From positions 43,097-107,096 of the forward strand of contig JAFDKH010000020.1 of the NCBI GenBank assembly GCA_019307065.1: a stretch of 64,000 nucleotides of DNA, in the 5' to 3' direction. Source of the DNA: Deltaproteobacteria bacterium. GTDB taxonomy: Bacteria > Myxococcota > B64-G9. How positions within the stretch are numbered: position 1 is the stretch's first letter; every line of letters begins with the position of its first letter. Made by a program: the position numbers and the translations under genes. Shown piece after piece: positions 29,635 through 39,163 of this stretch. Under the pieces are notes generated by a model that was given only the letters and a program-made list of their open reading frames with translations, was not told the origin of the DNA and did not search any database.

Positions 29635-30251
29635 CTTTCAAGCTGGCCGGGGCCTTGACCGCCGTAATTGCCGGGGTCGGTCTTCTGTTTTTCAGTCAAC
29701 CGAGCTTAGACGACCGGCTCGAACGAGACCTTGAGCGCCTAAACGCAAAACTGAATGCTCGTCAAGTTCAAATCGATCCGGCTGAGCTGTTGGATATAAT
29801 CAATGACAACAACATTGCCGTAAGAGTTCTGGATGTCAGGGATGAAGCCGATTTCAATCTCTTTCACATAATCGATTCCACGCGTATTACTATCGGCCAG
29901 ATATACGATCCCGTTTGGGTTAAATCTTTGCCTCAAAGTTCGGTTATTGTGCTCGTCTCCAACGACGAGACCAGGGCCGGCCAGGCTTGGAAACTGTTGA
30001 CAGTTCAAAAAGTACCCAACCTTTATCTGCTGGCCGGCGGAACCAACGCCTGGATCGACATCTTCGACAGCAATGCAAAACCGTCAACCGACCCGGTCGC
30101 AGAAGATGCCATCCGTTACATATTTTCTGCAGCCCTGGGCGACAGGCACCCGGCCGCAAACCCTGATCCACATAAAGCCGCCCGGCGAAAGTACAAAAAA
30201 ATTGTCAAGAACATCGGTGGCAAAGTCAGAAAAGGCGGTGGCTGCGGTTGA
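29631..30251 (+). CDS. Membrane-anchored rhodanese-like protein with C-terminal GGGCG tail
   Basis: VLDVRDE..FHI..S, LAGGTNAW; ATG overlaps the upstream TGA. Confidence 0.8.
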   Translation: MTFKLAGALTAVIAGVGLLFFSQPSLDDRLERDLERLNAKLNARQVQIDPAELLDIINDNNIAVRVLDVRDEADFNLFHIIDSTRITIGQIYDPVWVKSLPQSSVIVLVSNDETRAGQAWKLLTVQKVPNLYLLAGGTNAWIDIFDSNAKPSTDPVAEDAIRYIFSAALGDRHPAANPDPHKAARRKYKKIVKNIGGKVRKGGGCG

Positions 30252-30313
30252 ACCCTTTCTGCCAATCGTGAGGAAAAACGATTACACCTTAAAAGCGTAT
30301 CGGAGGATCGGAA

Positions 30314-30814
30314 ATGACTGCTTCTAAATCAGAAGAGAACTTGAAAACAGCATTCATCGGTGAATCTAAAGCCTGCCTGCGGCTTTTAGGCTACGCCGAG
30401 AAGGCAGAGCAAGAGGGCTATAGCCAGATGGCGCGGCTATTCAGGGCCATTAGCGCGGCCGAGAAAGTGCATGCTTTGAAGCACCTGAGACTGCTCAAAG
30501 TTATCAAGTCGACAGAAGAGAACCTGAAGACAAGCTTCGAATCGGAGATATCAGTCAGCGAAAATATCTACCCCGGTTTCATCCAGGTGGCCGAGGAGGA
30601 AGGCAACAAGGCCGCGCTAATCAGCTTCAGCCACGCACGCGACGCCGAGGAGGTCCACGCTAAACTATACAAGAACGCCATCGATCACATGATCGAGGAG
30701 CGCGAAACCTCCTACCACGTCTGCCAGGTTTGTGGCTATGTAGTCGATGGCCAGCCGCCCGATAACTGTCCGGTCTGCAACGCCCCGCGTGACAAATTCA
30801 TACAAGTCGATTAG
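30314..30814 (+). CDS. rbr: Rubrerythrin
   Basis: AFIGES, EKVHA, EEVH, CQVCG..CPVC. Confidence 0.92.
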   Translation: MTASKSEENLKTAFIGESKACLRLLGYAEKAEQEGYSQMARLFRAISAAEKVHALKHLRLLKVIKSTEENLKTSFESEISVSENIYPGFIQVAEEEGNKAALISFSHARDAEEVHAKLYKNAIDHMIEERETSYHVCQVCGYVVDGQPPDNCPVCNAPRDKFIQVD

Positions 30815-30847
30815 TCAAAATCTTCGACAAACCAGATCAACTTCTCC
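30809..30847 (+). repeat. 39-bp direct repeat, left copy (duplicate of the pgl 3' end)
   Basis: GATTAGTCAAAATCTTCGACAAACCAGATCAACTTCTCC is identical to 32709-32747. Confidence 0.9.
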
Positions 30848-30938
30848 GCTGATTCATCGCGGCAAGAGCAACTATACAATCGTGTAGCGGCATGATAGAT
30901 CTGGCCGTGTTTTGAAAAACCGACCGGGAGGAATCGTC

Positions 30939-32690
30939 ATGACCCGACTGTTCTTGCGATGTTTCTGCTTGTGCCTGTCTCTGACCCTGCTTCCATTGAA
31001 TTCCGGATGCGATAAGAAGCCCAAACCGCCGCCCGGCGGGGACGCGGGAGCGGTGGTGCCGGACACCCAGGTGCCCAACGGGGAAAGAGTGGACGACTGG
31101 ACCTATAATCCCTCCGAACATAGAGGTGGGAAGAGGAAGAGATCCAAGGGCATGGCGCCTCCCTCCCCGATGAGCGTCGCCTCAAGCGCCAAGATCGGTC
31201 TGTCGGCCGGAGGGGCCAAGGATGTCGGCAACTTCCGCGAAAACATCAAGAACGATTTCCTTCCGCTTCCCACCGATCTCACCTACGAGGGGCTTTTCTA
31301 CGACTACAGGTTCGACACCGGCAAGGAAGAAGAGTGCAAGAAGCTGTTCTGTCCCTCCTACACGTTTGCGCTGAGCAAGGATCCCCTCTCGAAAAAGCAA
31401 GAGCACTTCCTTTCGGTAGGGCTGAACTCAGGCATCGAGGAGAAGGACTTCGGCCGCAAAAAGCTCAACCTGGTGGTAGTGCTGGACATCTCCGGCTCGA
31501 TGAGTTCCAGGTTCAACCAGTACTACTACGACCAGTTCGGCCAGCGCCGGGAGATGGCCAAGGAGGACATGACCGACGACAGCAAGATGGTGGTGGCCAA
31601 CAGATCCATCGTGGCCATGCTGGATCACTTGAAACCCGACGACAAGCTGGGGGTAGTGCTGTTCGACGACCGCTCCTATCTGGCCAAGCCGCTCACCCTG
31701 GTGGGAAAGACCGACATGGGCAAGATCAAGGAACATGTCCTGGCTCTTCGGCAGCAGGGTGGCACCAACATGGAAGCGGGAATGAGAGAGGGCACAAAGT
31801 TGATGGAGGTGGTCAAGGACACCGACCGCAACGTATACGAGAACCGGATCATCTTTCTCACCGACGCCATGCCCAACACCGGCGACACCAGCGAGACCGG
31901 CCTGATGGGGATGGCCCGCACAAACGCCGACAACGGAATCTTCACAACCTTCATCGGCATCGGGGTGGATTTCAACACCACCCTGATCGAGGCCATCACC
32001 AAGATCCGCGGCGCCAATTATTACTCGGTCCACTCGGACTCCCAGTTCAAGAAGCGTCTCGACGAGGAGTTCGAGTTCATGGTAACTCCGCTGGTGTTCG
32101 ACCTGACCCTGGCCCTGGATGCCAAGGGCTACAAGATTCTCAAGGTGTACGGTTCCCCGGAAGCCGACGAGGCCACCGGGGAGATCATGAAGGTCAACAC
32201 CTTGTTTCCCTCCAAGGTGGAAGAGGAGGAGACTCGCGGGGGAGTGATCCTGCTGAAGTTGCAAAAGGTCACCGACGATGCGCAACTGGCCCTGCGCACT
32301 TCCTATGCCGATCGTACCGGCAAACAGGACGGCGACCGGGCCGAGATTGAGTTTCCGGCAAAGAACGAGGACTTCTATCAGAACTCCGGGGTGCGCAAAG
32401 CGATATTGCTCTCCCGGTACGCCGACCTGATGATCAACTGGATGGTGGACGAACGCCGGGGTTGGGTGGACAAGAAGTCCATGCCCACCCTTACCCGGGC
32501 CAGCGGCATAGTGGTTCCCGATATCAAGCACACCAGGTGGGAACGCAAATCGCTTTCCTTGCAGATCTCGATGCACTACAAGGAGTTGTTCGGGCTCTTC
32601 AAGGCCCATCTGAACGCGGAGATGGCCGAACTGGGTGACGAAACCCTCCGCAAGGAACTCGACATCCTGTCAAAGTTGGCGAAACCATAG
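30939..32690 (+). CDS. vWA domain lipoprotein (YfbK-like)
   Basis: MIDAS DISGSM, GGTN, FLTD; lipobox NSGC; visibly GC-richer codons than its neighbours. Confidence 0.88.
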   Translation: MTRLFLRCFCLCLSLTLLPLNSGCDKKPKPPPGGDAGAVVPDTQVPNGERVDDWTYNPSEHRGGKRKRSKGMAPPSPMSVASSAKIGLSAGGAKDVGNFRENIKNDFLPLPTDLTYEGLFYDYRFDTGKEEECKKLFCPSYTFALSKDPLSKKQEHFLSVGLNSGIEEKDFGRKKLNLVVVLDISGSMSSRFNQYYYDQFGQRREMAKEDMTDDSKMVVANRSIVAMLDHLKPDDKLGVVLFDDRSYLAKPLTLVGKTDMGKIKEHVLALRQQGGTNMEAGMREGTKLMEVVKDTDRNVYENRIIFLTDAMPNTGDTSETGLMGMARTNADNGIFTTFIGIGVDFNTTLIEAITKIRGANYYSVHSDSQFKKRLDEEFEFMVTPLVFDLTLALDAKGYKILKVYGSPEADEATGEIMKVNTLFPSKVEEEETRGGVILLKLQKVTDDAQLALRTSYADRTGKQDGDRAEIEFPAKNEDFYQNSGVRKAILLSRYADLMINWMVDERRGWVDKKSMPTLTRASGIVVPDIKHTRWERKSLSLQISMHYKELFGLFKAHLNAEMAELGDETLRKELDILSKLAKP

Positions 32691-32708
32691 AATCCGTCCA
32701 CGAATTGG

Positions 32709-32747
32709 GATTAGTCAAAATCTTCGACAAACCAGATCAACTTCTCC
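32709..32747 (+). repeat. 39-bp direct repeat, right copy
   Basis: Identical to 30809-30847; encodes the pgl C-terminus EKLIWFVEDFD* on the minus strand. Confidence 0.9.
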
Positions 32748-33433
32748 CTGGGTTCGACGAGGGCGGCCGGATAAGTCGGTCCAGCCCGATCTGCCCGACC
32801 GATAATCGCTTTGAAGACTGCATGCTTGTCTTTTCCTGAGACCAAAAACATGGCGCAGGCGGCCCGGTTGATGGCGGGAAAGGTGATCGTGATTCTGGGC
32901 ACAGCAACTGAAGCAGCTGTAGGGTATACGGCTGCTACATTCTTGACTTGCTCGAGCAATACCGAATCTTTGGGAAACAACGAAGCTGTGTGACCATCTT
33001 TACCCATTCCGAGTAGAACGAGATCAAAGTTTGGCGAACCACCACCGAAAAATCGCTTGAGCACCTGTTCGTAAGCCCGGGCGACCTCGTCCGGAGGGCC
33101 GGTTTCCACCGCAATGCGGTGTACGTTATCCTGGGGCAGCGCCACCTTTGAAATCAGGAGTTCATTAGCCATTTTGAAGTTACTATCCGGGTGGTCCTGC
33201 GCTACACAACGCTCATCCCCCCAAAACAGGTGAACCCGCGACCAGGGAACCCGATCTGCTAGAGGAGCTGCTGCCAGAATTTCGTATAGACGGCGCGGGG
33301 TGTTGCCTCCGGACAGAACCAACGAGAAGAAATCCTTGTCTTCAAGAGTCGTATTGATCAAATTAGTGATGAATTCTGCTGCAGCCTTGCTCAATTCGGA
33401 CAAATCTGGAAACCTGCGAACTTCAGTCTTCAT
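32711..33433 (-). CDS. pgl: 6-phosphogluconolactonase
   Basis: LSGGNTP, FWGDERCV, LLGMGKDGHTASLFP; lies downstream of zwf. Confidence 0.95.
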   Translation of the reverse strand: MKTEVRRFPDLSELSKAAAEFITNLINTTLEDKDFFSLVLSGGNTPRRLYEILAAAPLADRVPWSRVHLFWGDERCVAQDHPDSNFKMANELLISKVALPQDNVHRIAVETGPPDEVARAYEQVLKRFFGGGSPNFDLVLLGMGKDGHTASLFPKDSVLLEQVKNVAAVYPTAASVAVPRITITFPAINRAACAMFLVSGKDKHAVFKAIIGRADRAGPTYPAALVEPREKLIWFVEDFD

Positions 33434-33444
33434 TCACTTTGGCC

Positions 33445-34971
33445 TCAGAGCAAAACATCCGGGCCGGCACTTGCAGAAGGATAGATCTGCAGCCTGTCGG
33501 CCCGGTCAGGGCAGGTTTCGCAGCCCTCCAGGATCGGGGTCAGAAAAGACCAGCTTTGCTCCACACCGTCCTGTCTCCAAAAAAGCAATTGATCGCCTAA
33601 GAGGCAGTCCAACAACACTTTGGCGTAAGCATCCAGCTTGGGCGTTTGGGCAAAATCCGACTTGTAGTCAAAATACATGGATACCGGCTGAAGCTGAAAC
33701 CCGACTCCGGGACTCTTGGTCTGAAATGTAAGCGAGATGCTCTGATCGGGTTGGATGCCGATTACGAGTCGATTTGCCGTGGAATGCTCGCCGAGAAAAT
33801 TGTTGAAAACCGAATGCGGAACTTCTTTGAACTGTACAACGATCTCAGTCTTTTTCCTTGTCATTCGTTTTCCAGAGGTCAGATAGAAAGGAACGCCCCG
33901 CCAGCGCCAATTGTCGATAAATAGCTGCATGCGGGCATAGGTCGCGGTGAGTGAGTCGGGAGCCACTCCCGGCTCTTGACGATAGCCGGCCAAGGTTTTT
34001 CCTTCCAGATTACCCGGCCCGTATTGTCCCAGCACCAGGTGATCGTGAAGCTTATCCTTAGGCAATGGCCTGAGTGAACGCAGCACCTTGACCTTTTCGT
34101 CTCGTACCCGCTCTGCTTCAAAAAGCGTAGGTGGCTCCATGGCAGTCAGGGCCAAAAGTTGAAGCATGTGATTCTGGAACATATCGCGAATCACACCGGC
34201 TTGTTCGTAGTACCCTGCCCGCTGCTCGACTCCCAGGGTCTCCGAAGCAGTGATGCTGACGTGTTCGATGAAATGGCGGTTCCAAATCGGCTCGAAAATG
34301 GCATTGGCCAGTCGAAACACAAGAACGTTCTGGACCGTATCCTTTGCAAGATAGTGATCGATCCTGAATATCTGATCTTCATCGAAATGCTCATGCACGG
34401 CTCGATCGAGGTACAGCGCACTGTTCAGATCGCTTCCAAAAGGTTTTTCGATAATTATGCGCCGCCAGCCAATGCCCTTGTCGCCTTGCTCGGCCAGACC
34501 GGATTTTCCCAGGTTTTCAACTATCGACGTGTACAGCGTTGGTGGGACCGCCAGATAGTAGACTCTATTGCCGCCTATGCCCTTTGTCTTCTCGAGACTG
34601 GCCAGTTTGCCGGCGAGTGTGTCGTAGGACGATCGGGAGTCATATTTGATAGCTTGATAGTAAAGTCGGTCGCAGAACTCATCCAATCTGCTAAGGTCAC
34701 GGTCGCTGTCAGCCTGGAGACCTTGTTCGGCAGCCCGTCTGAAATGCTCATCGCTTAGTTGGGTTCTTGCGGCGCCGAGAACGCAAAAAGTCTCCGGTAG
34801 GCGCCCACAGATAAAGAGGTCATATAGAGCGGGCATCAACTTCCTGGTAGCCAGGTCGCCCGAGGCACCAAAAACCACGAAGACGACTGGTTCTGCCTGG
34901 GGCTCACTCGCTAAAGACCGATTTTCCTGCCGGTCACAGGTTGACCTGACGACTCTAATGTCACTCGACAT
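33445..34971 (-). CDS. zwf: Glucose-6-phosphate 1-dehydrogenase
   Basis: GASGDLA, EKPFG, RIDHYLAK, RDMFQNH, WRGVPF. Confidence 0.96.
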   Translation of the reverse strand: MSSDIRVVRSTCDRQENRSLASEPQAEPVVFVVFGASGDLATRKLMPALYDLFICGRLPETFCVLGAARTQLSDEHFRRAAEQGLQADSDRDLSRLDEFCDRLYYQAIKYDSRSSYDTLAGKLASLEKTKGIGGNRVYYLAVPPTLYTSIVENLGKSGLAEQGDKGIGWRRIIIEKPFGSDLNSALYLDRAVHEHFDEDQIFRIDHYLAKDTVQNVLVFRLANAIFEPIWNRHFIEHVSITASETLGVEQRAGYYEQAGVIRDMFQNHMLQLLALTAMEPPTLFEAERVRDEKVKVLRSLRPLPKDKLHDHLVLGQYGPGNLEGKTLAGYRQEPGVAPDSLTATYARMQLFIDNWRWRGVPFYLTSGKRMTRKKTEIVVQFKEVPHSVFNNFLGEHSTANRLVIGIQPDQSISLTFQTKSPGVGFQLQPVSMYFDYKSDFAQTPKLDAYAKVLLDCLLGDQLLFWRQDGVEQSWSFLTPILEGCETCPDRADRLQIYPSASAGPDVLL

Positions 34972-34999
34972 GGTTCGCGTCCTTCTAGCTTACAGATAT

Positions 35000-35103
35000 T
35001 GAGACAACTGTTATAAGCACATTGCAAGATACAGGCCAGTTCTTATCTGGTTGTCTCCCGATATTTTTCCAATTGTATCAGTGTATCAGCACAGCTTGTC
35101 TCA
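35000..35103. promoter_or_regulatory. TGTCTCA-type UAS cluster upstream of arsS
   Basis: TGAGACA 35000, TGTCTCC 35052, TGTATCAgTGTATCA 35074-35088, TGTCTCA 35097. Confidence 0.6.
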
Positions 35104-35173
35104 CCAAGCCTGATCAGATAAGTATTTCCAAATTACCGCCGTTAAACCCGGCATAAATATAAAGTATTTTCCC

Positions 35174-35189
35174 TGGCATAGCCCTTGCA
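35174..35189 (+). promoter_or_regulatory. Sigma-54 promoter of the arsS operon
   Basis: TGGCATAGCCCTTGCA (GG-N10-GC). Confidence 0.8.
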
Positions 35190-35224
35190 AAGTCGAAAGA
35201 CAGAGCAAGGGAAGGGAGGGGTTC

Positions 35225-36229
35225 ATGGCAACCCTGCATTTAAAAAAAGACAACCCGCAACCATTTTCTAAGAAACCGACAAGCTTCGGCCTGACTTTAC
35301 AAAAGCACGCTGCCGAACTTGTTAGGGGGAAAACCAACACACTGCAGATTAACGTTGGCTTGCTCTGCAATCAAGCCTGCCGGCATTGCCACTTGGAAGC
35401 CGGTCCTTTACGAACTGAGGTCATGAGCTCTGAGACCGTGCGGCAGGTGGCCGACTACGCGGGCAGGAACCACTTCGAGACCATAGACATTACCGGCGGT
35501 GCACCTGAGCTCAATCCCGAAATCAATGACATGCTCGTGCAACTCTCCCGATTGGCCCCCAGGGTCATACTGCGTTCCAATCTGACCGCCCTGGACGACG
35601 AAAAGCGCGACGATCTGATAGCCCTGTGCAAGCAACGAAGCGTTGTAATCGTTGCCTCATTTCCGTCTCTAGACGAAGCCCAGGCGGATTCGCAACGGGG
35701 CAAGGGCATCTTTCAAAAGTCTGTGGCTGCATTGGTGAAGCTGAACTCGCAGGGCTACGGTCAGGCAGGCTCAGGGCTCGTGCTCAACCTCGTATCCAAC
35801 CCAACCGGAGCGTTTCTGCCCACATCCCAGAGCCAGGCCGAGAAAAGGTTCCGGGAAGTTTTAGGCCGCAAGTGGGGAATTACTTTCAACAACGTCTTCG
35901 GCTTCGCCAACGTTCCCCTGGGGAGATACCGTAGCTGGCTCGAGCGTTCCGGCAACCTGGATGCCTATCTGAAAAAGCTGGCAGACAGCTTCAACCCTTG
36001 TGCCGTTCCCGGGCTAATGTGCCGCAACATGGTCTCGGTTGACTGGCAAGGCTATCTCTACGACTGCGATTTCAACCTTGCCAAGGGCCTCCACCTCGGG
36101 GAGCAAAAGACACACATCACGGAAATGGACGGGCCACCCCTACCCGGCTCAGCAATCGCTATAGCCGACCATTGCTACGCATGCACTGCTGGCTCGGGAT
36201 TCACCTGAGGCGGTGAAATCGCTGCCTGA
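35225..36229 (+). CDS. arsS: Arsenosugar-biosynthesis radical SAM (seleno)protein ArsS; TGA at 36206 is probably Sec
   Basis: LQINVGLLCNQACRHCH, LMCR..SVDWQG.LYDCDFN, and C-terminus HCYACTAGSGFT-UGA-GGEIAA*. Confidence 0.85.
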
Positions 36230-36237
36230 GTTCAGGC
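36209..36237 (+). other. Candidate SECIS hairpin(s)
   Basis: Stem-loops GGCGGTG-AAAT-CGCTGCC and GCCTG-AGTT-CAGGC lie directly 3' of the UGA. Confidence 0.45.
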
Positions 36238-36255
36238 CTAAAAAGGAGCTAGAAG

Positions 36256-36948
36256 CTGAAGAAAGGTCTAATAAAGAAGCTTGTTCTGGCAGCGATCCTG
36301 GCGACCATGGTTGCTTTGTTCTTCATCCTCGGCCTGCATCGCCACCTGAGCCTGGCGGAATTGAAAGAGCAGCGCGAGGTGCTGCGTGCCTGGTATCAGG
36401 ATCACGCCTTTGTGCTGATCGCTGCCTTCGTCCTGGTTTACATCCTGCAGTCGGCCTTATCGCTGCCAGGCGCAGGAATGCTTTCTCTCGCGGCCGGGGC
36501 CATATTCGGAACGATTGCCGGTGCGGCGATAGTCAACCTGGGCGCAACCCTGGGGGCCACAGCGGCCCTGATCTTCACCCGCTACCTGTTTAGAGACGCC
36601 ATCGAGCGCAAGCTCGGCGAAAAGGCGAAGCGCTTGAGTGCTGGCTTCGCCAGGGACGGTTTGAATTACCTGCTTTTTCTACGGTTGGTACCGTTGTTTC
36701 CTTTCTGGCTGATCAACCTGACCGCGGGTCTGACGCATCTGCGGGTACGCACCTTTATCATTGGAACAGCTGTGGGGATCATCCCGGGCACATTCGTGTT
36801 TTGCTACGCCGGGAGCCGGCTGGTCAGGCTGGAGAAGCTTTCCGACGTATCCTCGCCGGGGATGCTTCTGGCTTTCGGATTGTTGGGCCTGCTGGCACTG
36901 GTGCCGGTGATCTATCGTAGGCTGCGCAAGCCCGCGGAGGCGGCATGA
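36256..36948 (+). CDS. TVP38/TMEM64 (DedA/SNARE-associated) membrane protein
   Basis: LSLPGA, GAIFG, LRLVPLFPF..IN, GIIPG. The start is probably CTG 36256 after AAGGAG; the first ATG is 36307. Confidence 0.88.
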   Translation: MKKGLIKKLVLAAILATMVALFFILGLHRHLSLAELKEQREVLRAWYQDHAFVLIAAFVLVYILQSALSLPGAGMLSLAAGAIFGTIAGAAIVNLGATLGATAALIFTRYLFRDAIERKLGEKAKRLSAGFARDGLNYLLFLRLVPLFPFWLINLTAGLTHLRVRTFIIGTAVGIIPGTFVFCYAGSRLVRLEKLSDVSSPGMLLAFGLLGLLALVPVIYRRLRKPAEAA

Positions 36949-38483
36949 ATGACATTCTTCAGATACATCCCGAAGACGAGTACAACCGGAGGCTGATTTC
37001 CAATGTCCATCCGGCCCAATGGAAAAATCCCGAACCGATCGGGTGCTACAACCTGGTGGTCGTCGGTGCCGGTTCGGCAGGACTGGTGACCGCTGCCGGC
37101 GCGGCAGGACTGGGCGCCCGAGTAGCCCTGGTGGAGAGACACCTGATGGGCGGAGACTGTCTCAGTTATGGCTGTGTACCCTCCAAGTGCCTCATTCGCT
37201 CCGCGCAAGCAGCGGCAGATGCACGCGACATTGAAAAGTTTGGAGTCAAGATCTCGGGACCGGTCGAAGTGGACTTTCCAGCAGTGATGGCACGCATGCG
37301 TCGCCTGAGATCCGAACTAAGCCACAATGATTCGGTCGAAAGGTTCGCAAATGAACTGGGTATCGATGTGTTCCTGGGCCAGGGTCGCTTCACAGGATCA
37401 AGAACACTTCAAGTGGCCGGTAAGAGTCTTCGTTTCAAGAAAGCCGTTATTGCCACCGGCGCGAGGGCATTTCAGCTGCCGATCGAGGGATTGGCCGAGG
37501 CCGGTTTTCTGACCAACGAGAGCGTATTCTCGCTGGACGATCGCCCCGAGCGCATGGCGGTGATCGGCTCCGGCCCGCTGGGCTGCGAGCTGGCCCAGGC
37601 CTTTGCACGGCTGGGCTGCCAGGTGACTGTCTTAGAGAAGGGCCCTCAGATCCTGCCGCGAGAAGACCGCGACGCCGCACAGCTAGTCGAGAAGGCTATG
37701 CTCGAAGACGGAATCGAGTTTGTGTTCGACTGCCGGATCATCCGGGTGTCGACCAGTGGGGGAGAAAAAAAGATCGAGTTGGAGTGCCAGGCTAAGCAAC
37801 AGGAGCTGCTGGTTGATGAGATTTTGGTAGGTGTAGGTCGGGTCCCGAACGTCGACGGGCTGGGTCTCGAGACTGCCGGGGTCACCTATGACAAGCGCAA
37901 GGGAGTTCTGGTCAACGACAGGCTTCAAACAAGCAATCGCCGCGTGTTCGCCGCTGGTGACATCTGCCTGGCCTACAAGTTCACCCACACTGCTGACGCT
38001 ACTGCCCGAATGGTGATTCAGAATGCTCTATTCTGGGGGCGCAAGAAGCTCAGCGCTCTGACCATTCCCTGGTGTACCTACACAGATCCTGAGGTAGCCC
38101 ACGTGGGCATGTATGAGAAACAGGCCATAGAAAAGGGGATTCCAGTCGAAACATTTTCCGTTTCACTGGGCGATGTTGACCGTGCAATTGCCGATGGGGA
38201 GGAAAAAGGACTGGTCAAGATTCACGTAAAAAAGGGTACTGACAAAATACTCGGGGCTACCATCGTGGCTCGGCATGCCGGTGAGATGATCAGCGAAATT
38301 AGCGTGGCCATGCATGCCAAGATGGGGCTCGGCGCCATCTCCGCGGTCATCCATCCCTACCCCACTCAAGCCGAAGCCATTCGAAAAGTCGCTGACACAT
38401 ACAATCGCACCCGATTGACTCCAAGGGTAAAGAGACTATTTGACCGTCTGTTTTCTTTCTTGCGTGGTGGTAAAAACCGATGA
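36945..38483 (+). CDS. FAD-dependent pyridine nucleotide-disulfide oxidoreductase (mercuric reductase-like, no C-terminal CC)
   Basis: GAGSAG, GGDCLSYGCVPSK, GSGPLG, HPYPTQAE. Confidence 0.88.
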   Translation: MNDILQIHPEDEYNRRLISNVHPAQWKNPEPIGCYNLVVVGAGSAGLVTAAGAAGLGARVALVERHLMGGDCLSYGCVPSKCLIRSAQAAADARDIEKFGVKISGPVEVDFPAVMARMRRLRSELSHNDSVERFANELGIDVFLGQGRFTGSRTLQVAGKSLRFKKAVIATGARAFQLPIEGLAEAGFLTNESVFSLDDRPERMAVIGSGPLGCELAQAFARLGCQVTVLEKGPQILPREDRDAAQLVEKAMLEDGIEFVFDCRIIRVSTSGGEKKIELECQAKQQELLVDEILVGVGRVPNVDGLGLETAGVTYDKRKGVLVNDRLQTSNRRVFAAGDICLAYKFTHTADATARMVIQNALFWGRKKLSALTIPWCTYTDPEVAHVGMYEKQAIEKGIPVETFSVSLGDVDRAIADGEEKGLVKIHVKKGTDKILGATIVARHAGEMISEISVAMHAKMGLGAISAVIHPYPTQAEAIRKVADTYNRTRLTPRVKRLFDRLFSFLRGGKNR

Positions 38484-39163
38484 AGATCTCGGTGATCATT
38501 CCAACTCTTGACGAGGAAAAAGCCATTGCCGACTGCCTGGCCCAGTTTGACTCGGATGCAGAGGTGGAAGTCCTGGTCAGCGACGGCGGCAGCCGGGACA
38601 GGACCCTCCAGATTGTGGCAGAACACACGGCTGTAAAAACAATCTCGACCAGGCGCGGACGGGGGCCGCAACTAAACGAGGGGGCCCGACAGTCGGGCGG
38701 CGACGTTTTACTGTTTTTGCATTGTGACTGTCAGTTACCACTCACCTGGAAACAGGCAATCTTATCGGCAATGAGTGATCCCGGGGTAGTCGGTGGCTAT
38801 TTCCACCTGCGCACCAGCGCCCCGGACAGCGGACCTTTCTATAACTTGGTGCTTCGAGCGGCCGACTTGCGTTCGAGATTTCTCAATCATCCGTATGGTG
38901 ACAGCGGTATCTTCGTCCGGCGCGAAGTTTTCGAGCGTCTGGGCGGATACCTGGATATCCCTATTATGGAGGACTATGAATTCTCCAAGCGTCTGGTTGG
39001 TGAAGGCAGAATAATCCGTTTGCCGGACGAGATACGTACCTCCGCCCGGCGCTTTAGGGCGGGCATGCTAAAGGCCACTCTGCTGATGCGCCTTTTTCCT
39101 CTGCTCTACCGGCTAGGAGTACCGCCTGACTGGTTGGATCGTTTATACGGAGCAGAACGATGA
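38480..39163 (+). CDS. GT2 glycosyltransferase, ArsS-associated (TIGR04283-like)
   Basis: ISVIIPTLDE, SDGGS, LFLHCD, PYGD, PIMED, TSARR. Confidence 0.88.
   Translation: MKISVIIPTLDEEKAIADCLAQFDSDAEVEVLVSDGGSRDRTLQIVAEHTAVKTISTRRGRGPQLNEGARQSGGDVLLFLHCDCQLPLTWKQAILSAMSDPGVVGGYFHLRTSAPDSGPFYNLVLRAADLRSRFLNHPYGDSGIFVRREVFERLGGYLDIPIMEDYEFSKRLVGEGRIIRLPDEIRTSARRFRAGMLKATLLMRLFPLLYRLGVPPDWLDRLYGAER

Noticed and set aside
31334-32609. Long alternative ORFs (338 aa plus strand, 393 aa minus strand) over the vWA gene
   Set aside because: Shadow ORFs of a high-GC3 gene; no motifs and no RBS.
36945-38483. Calling this gene merA
   Set aside because: It lacks the C-terminal Cys-Cys pair and mer operon context.
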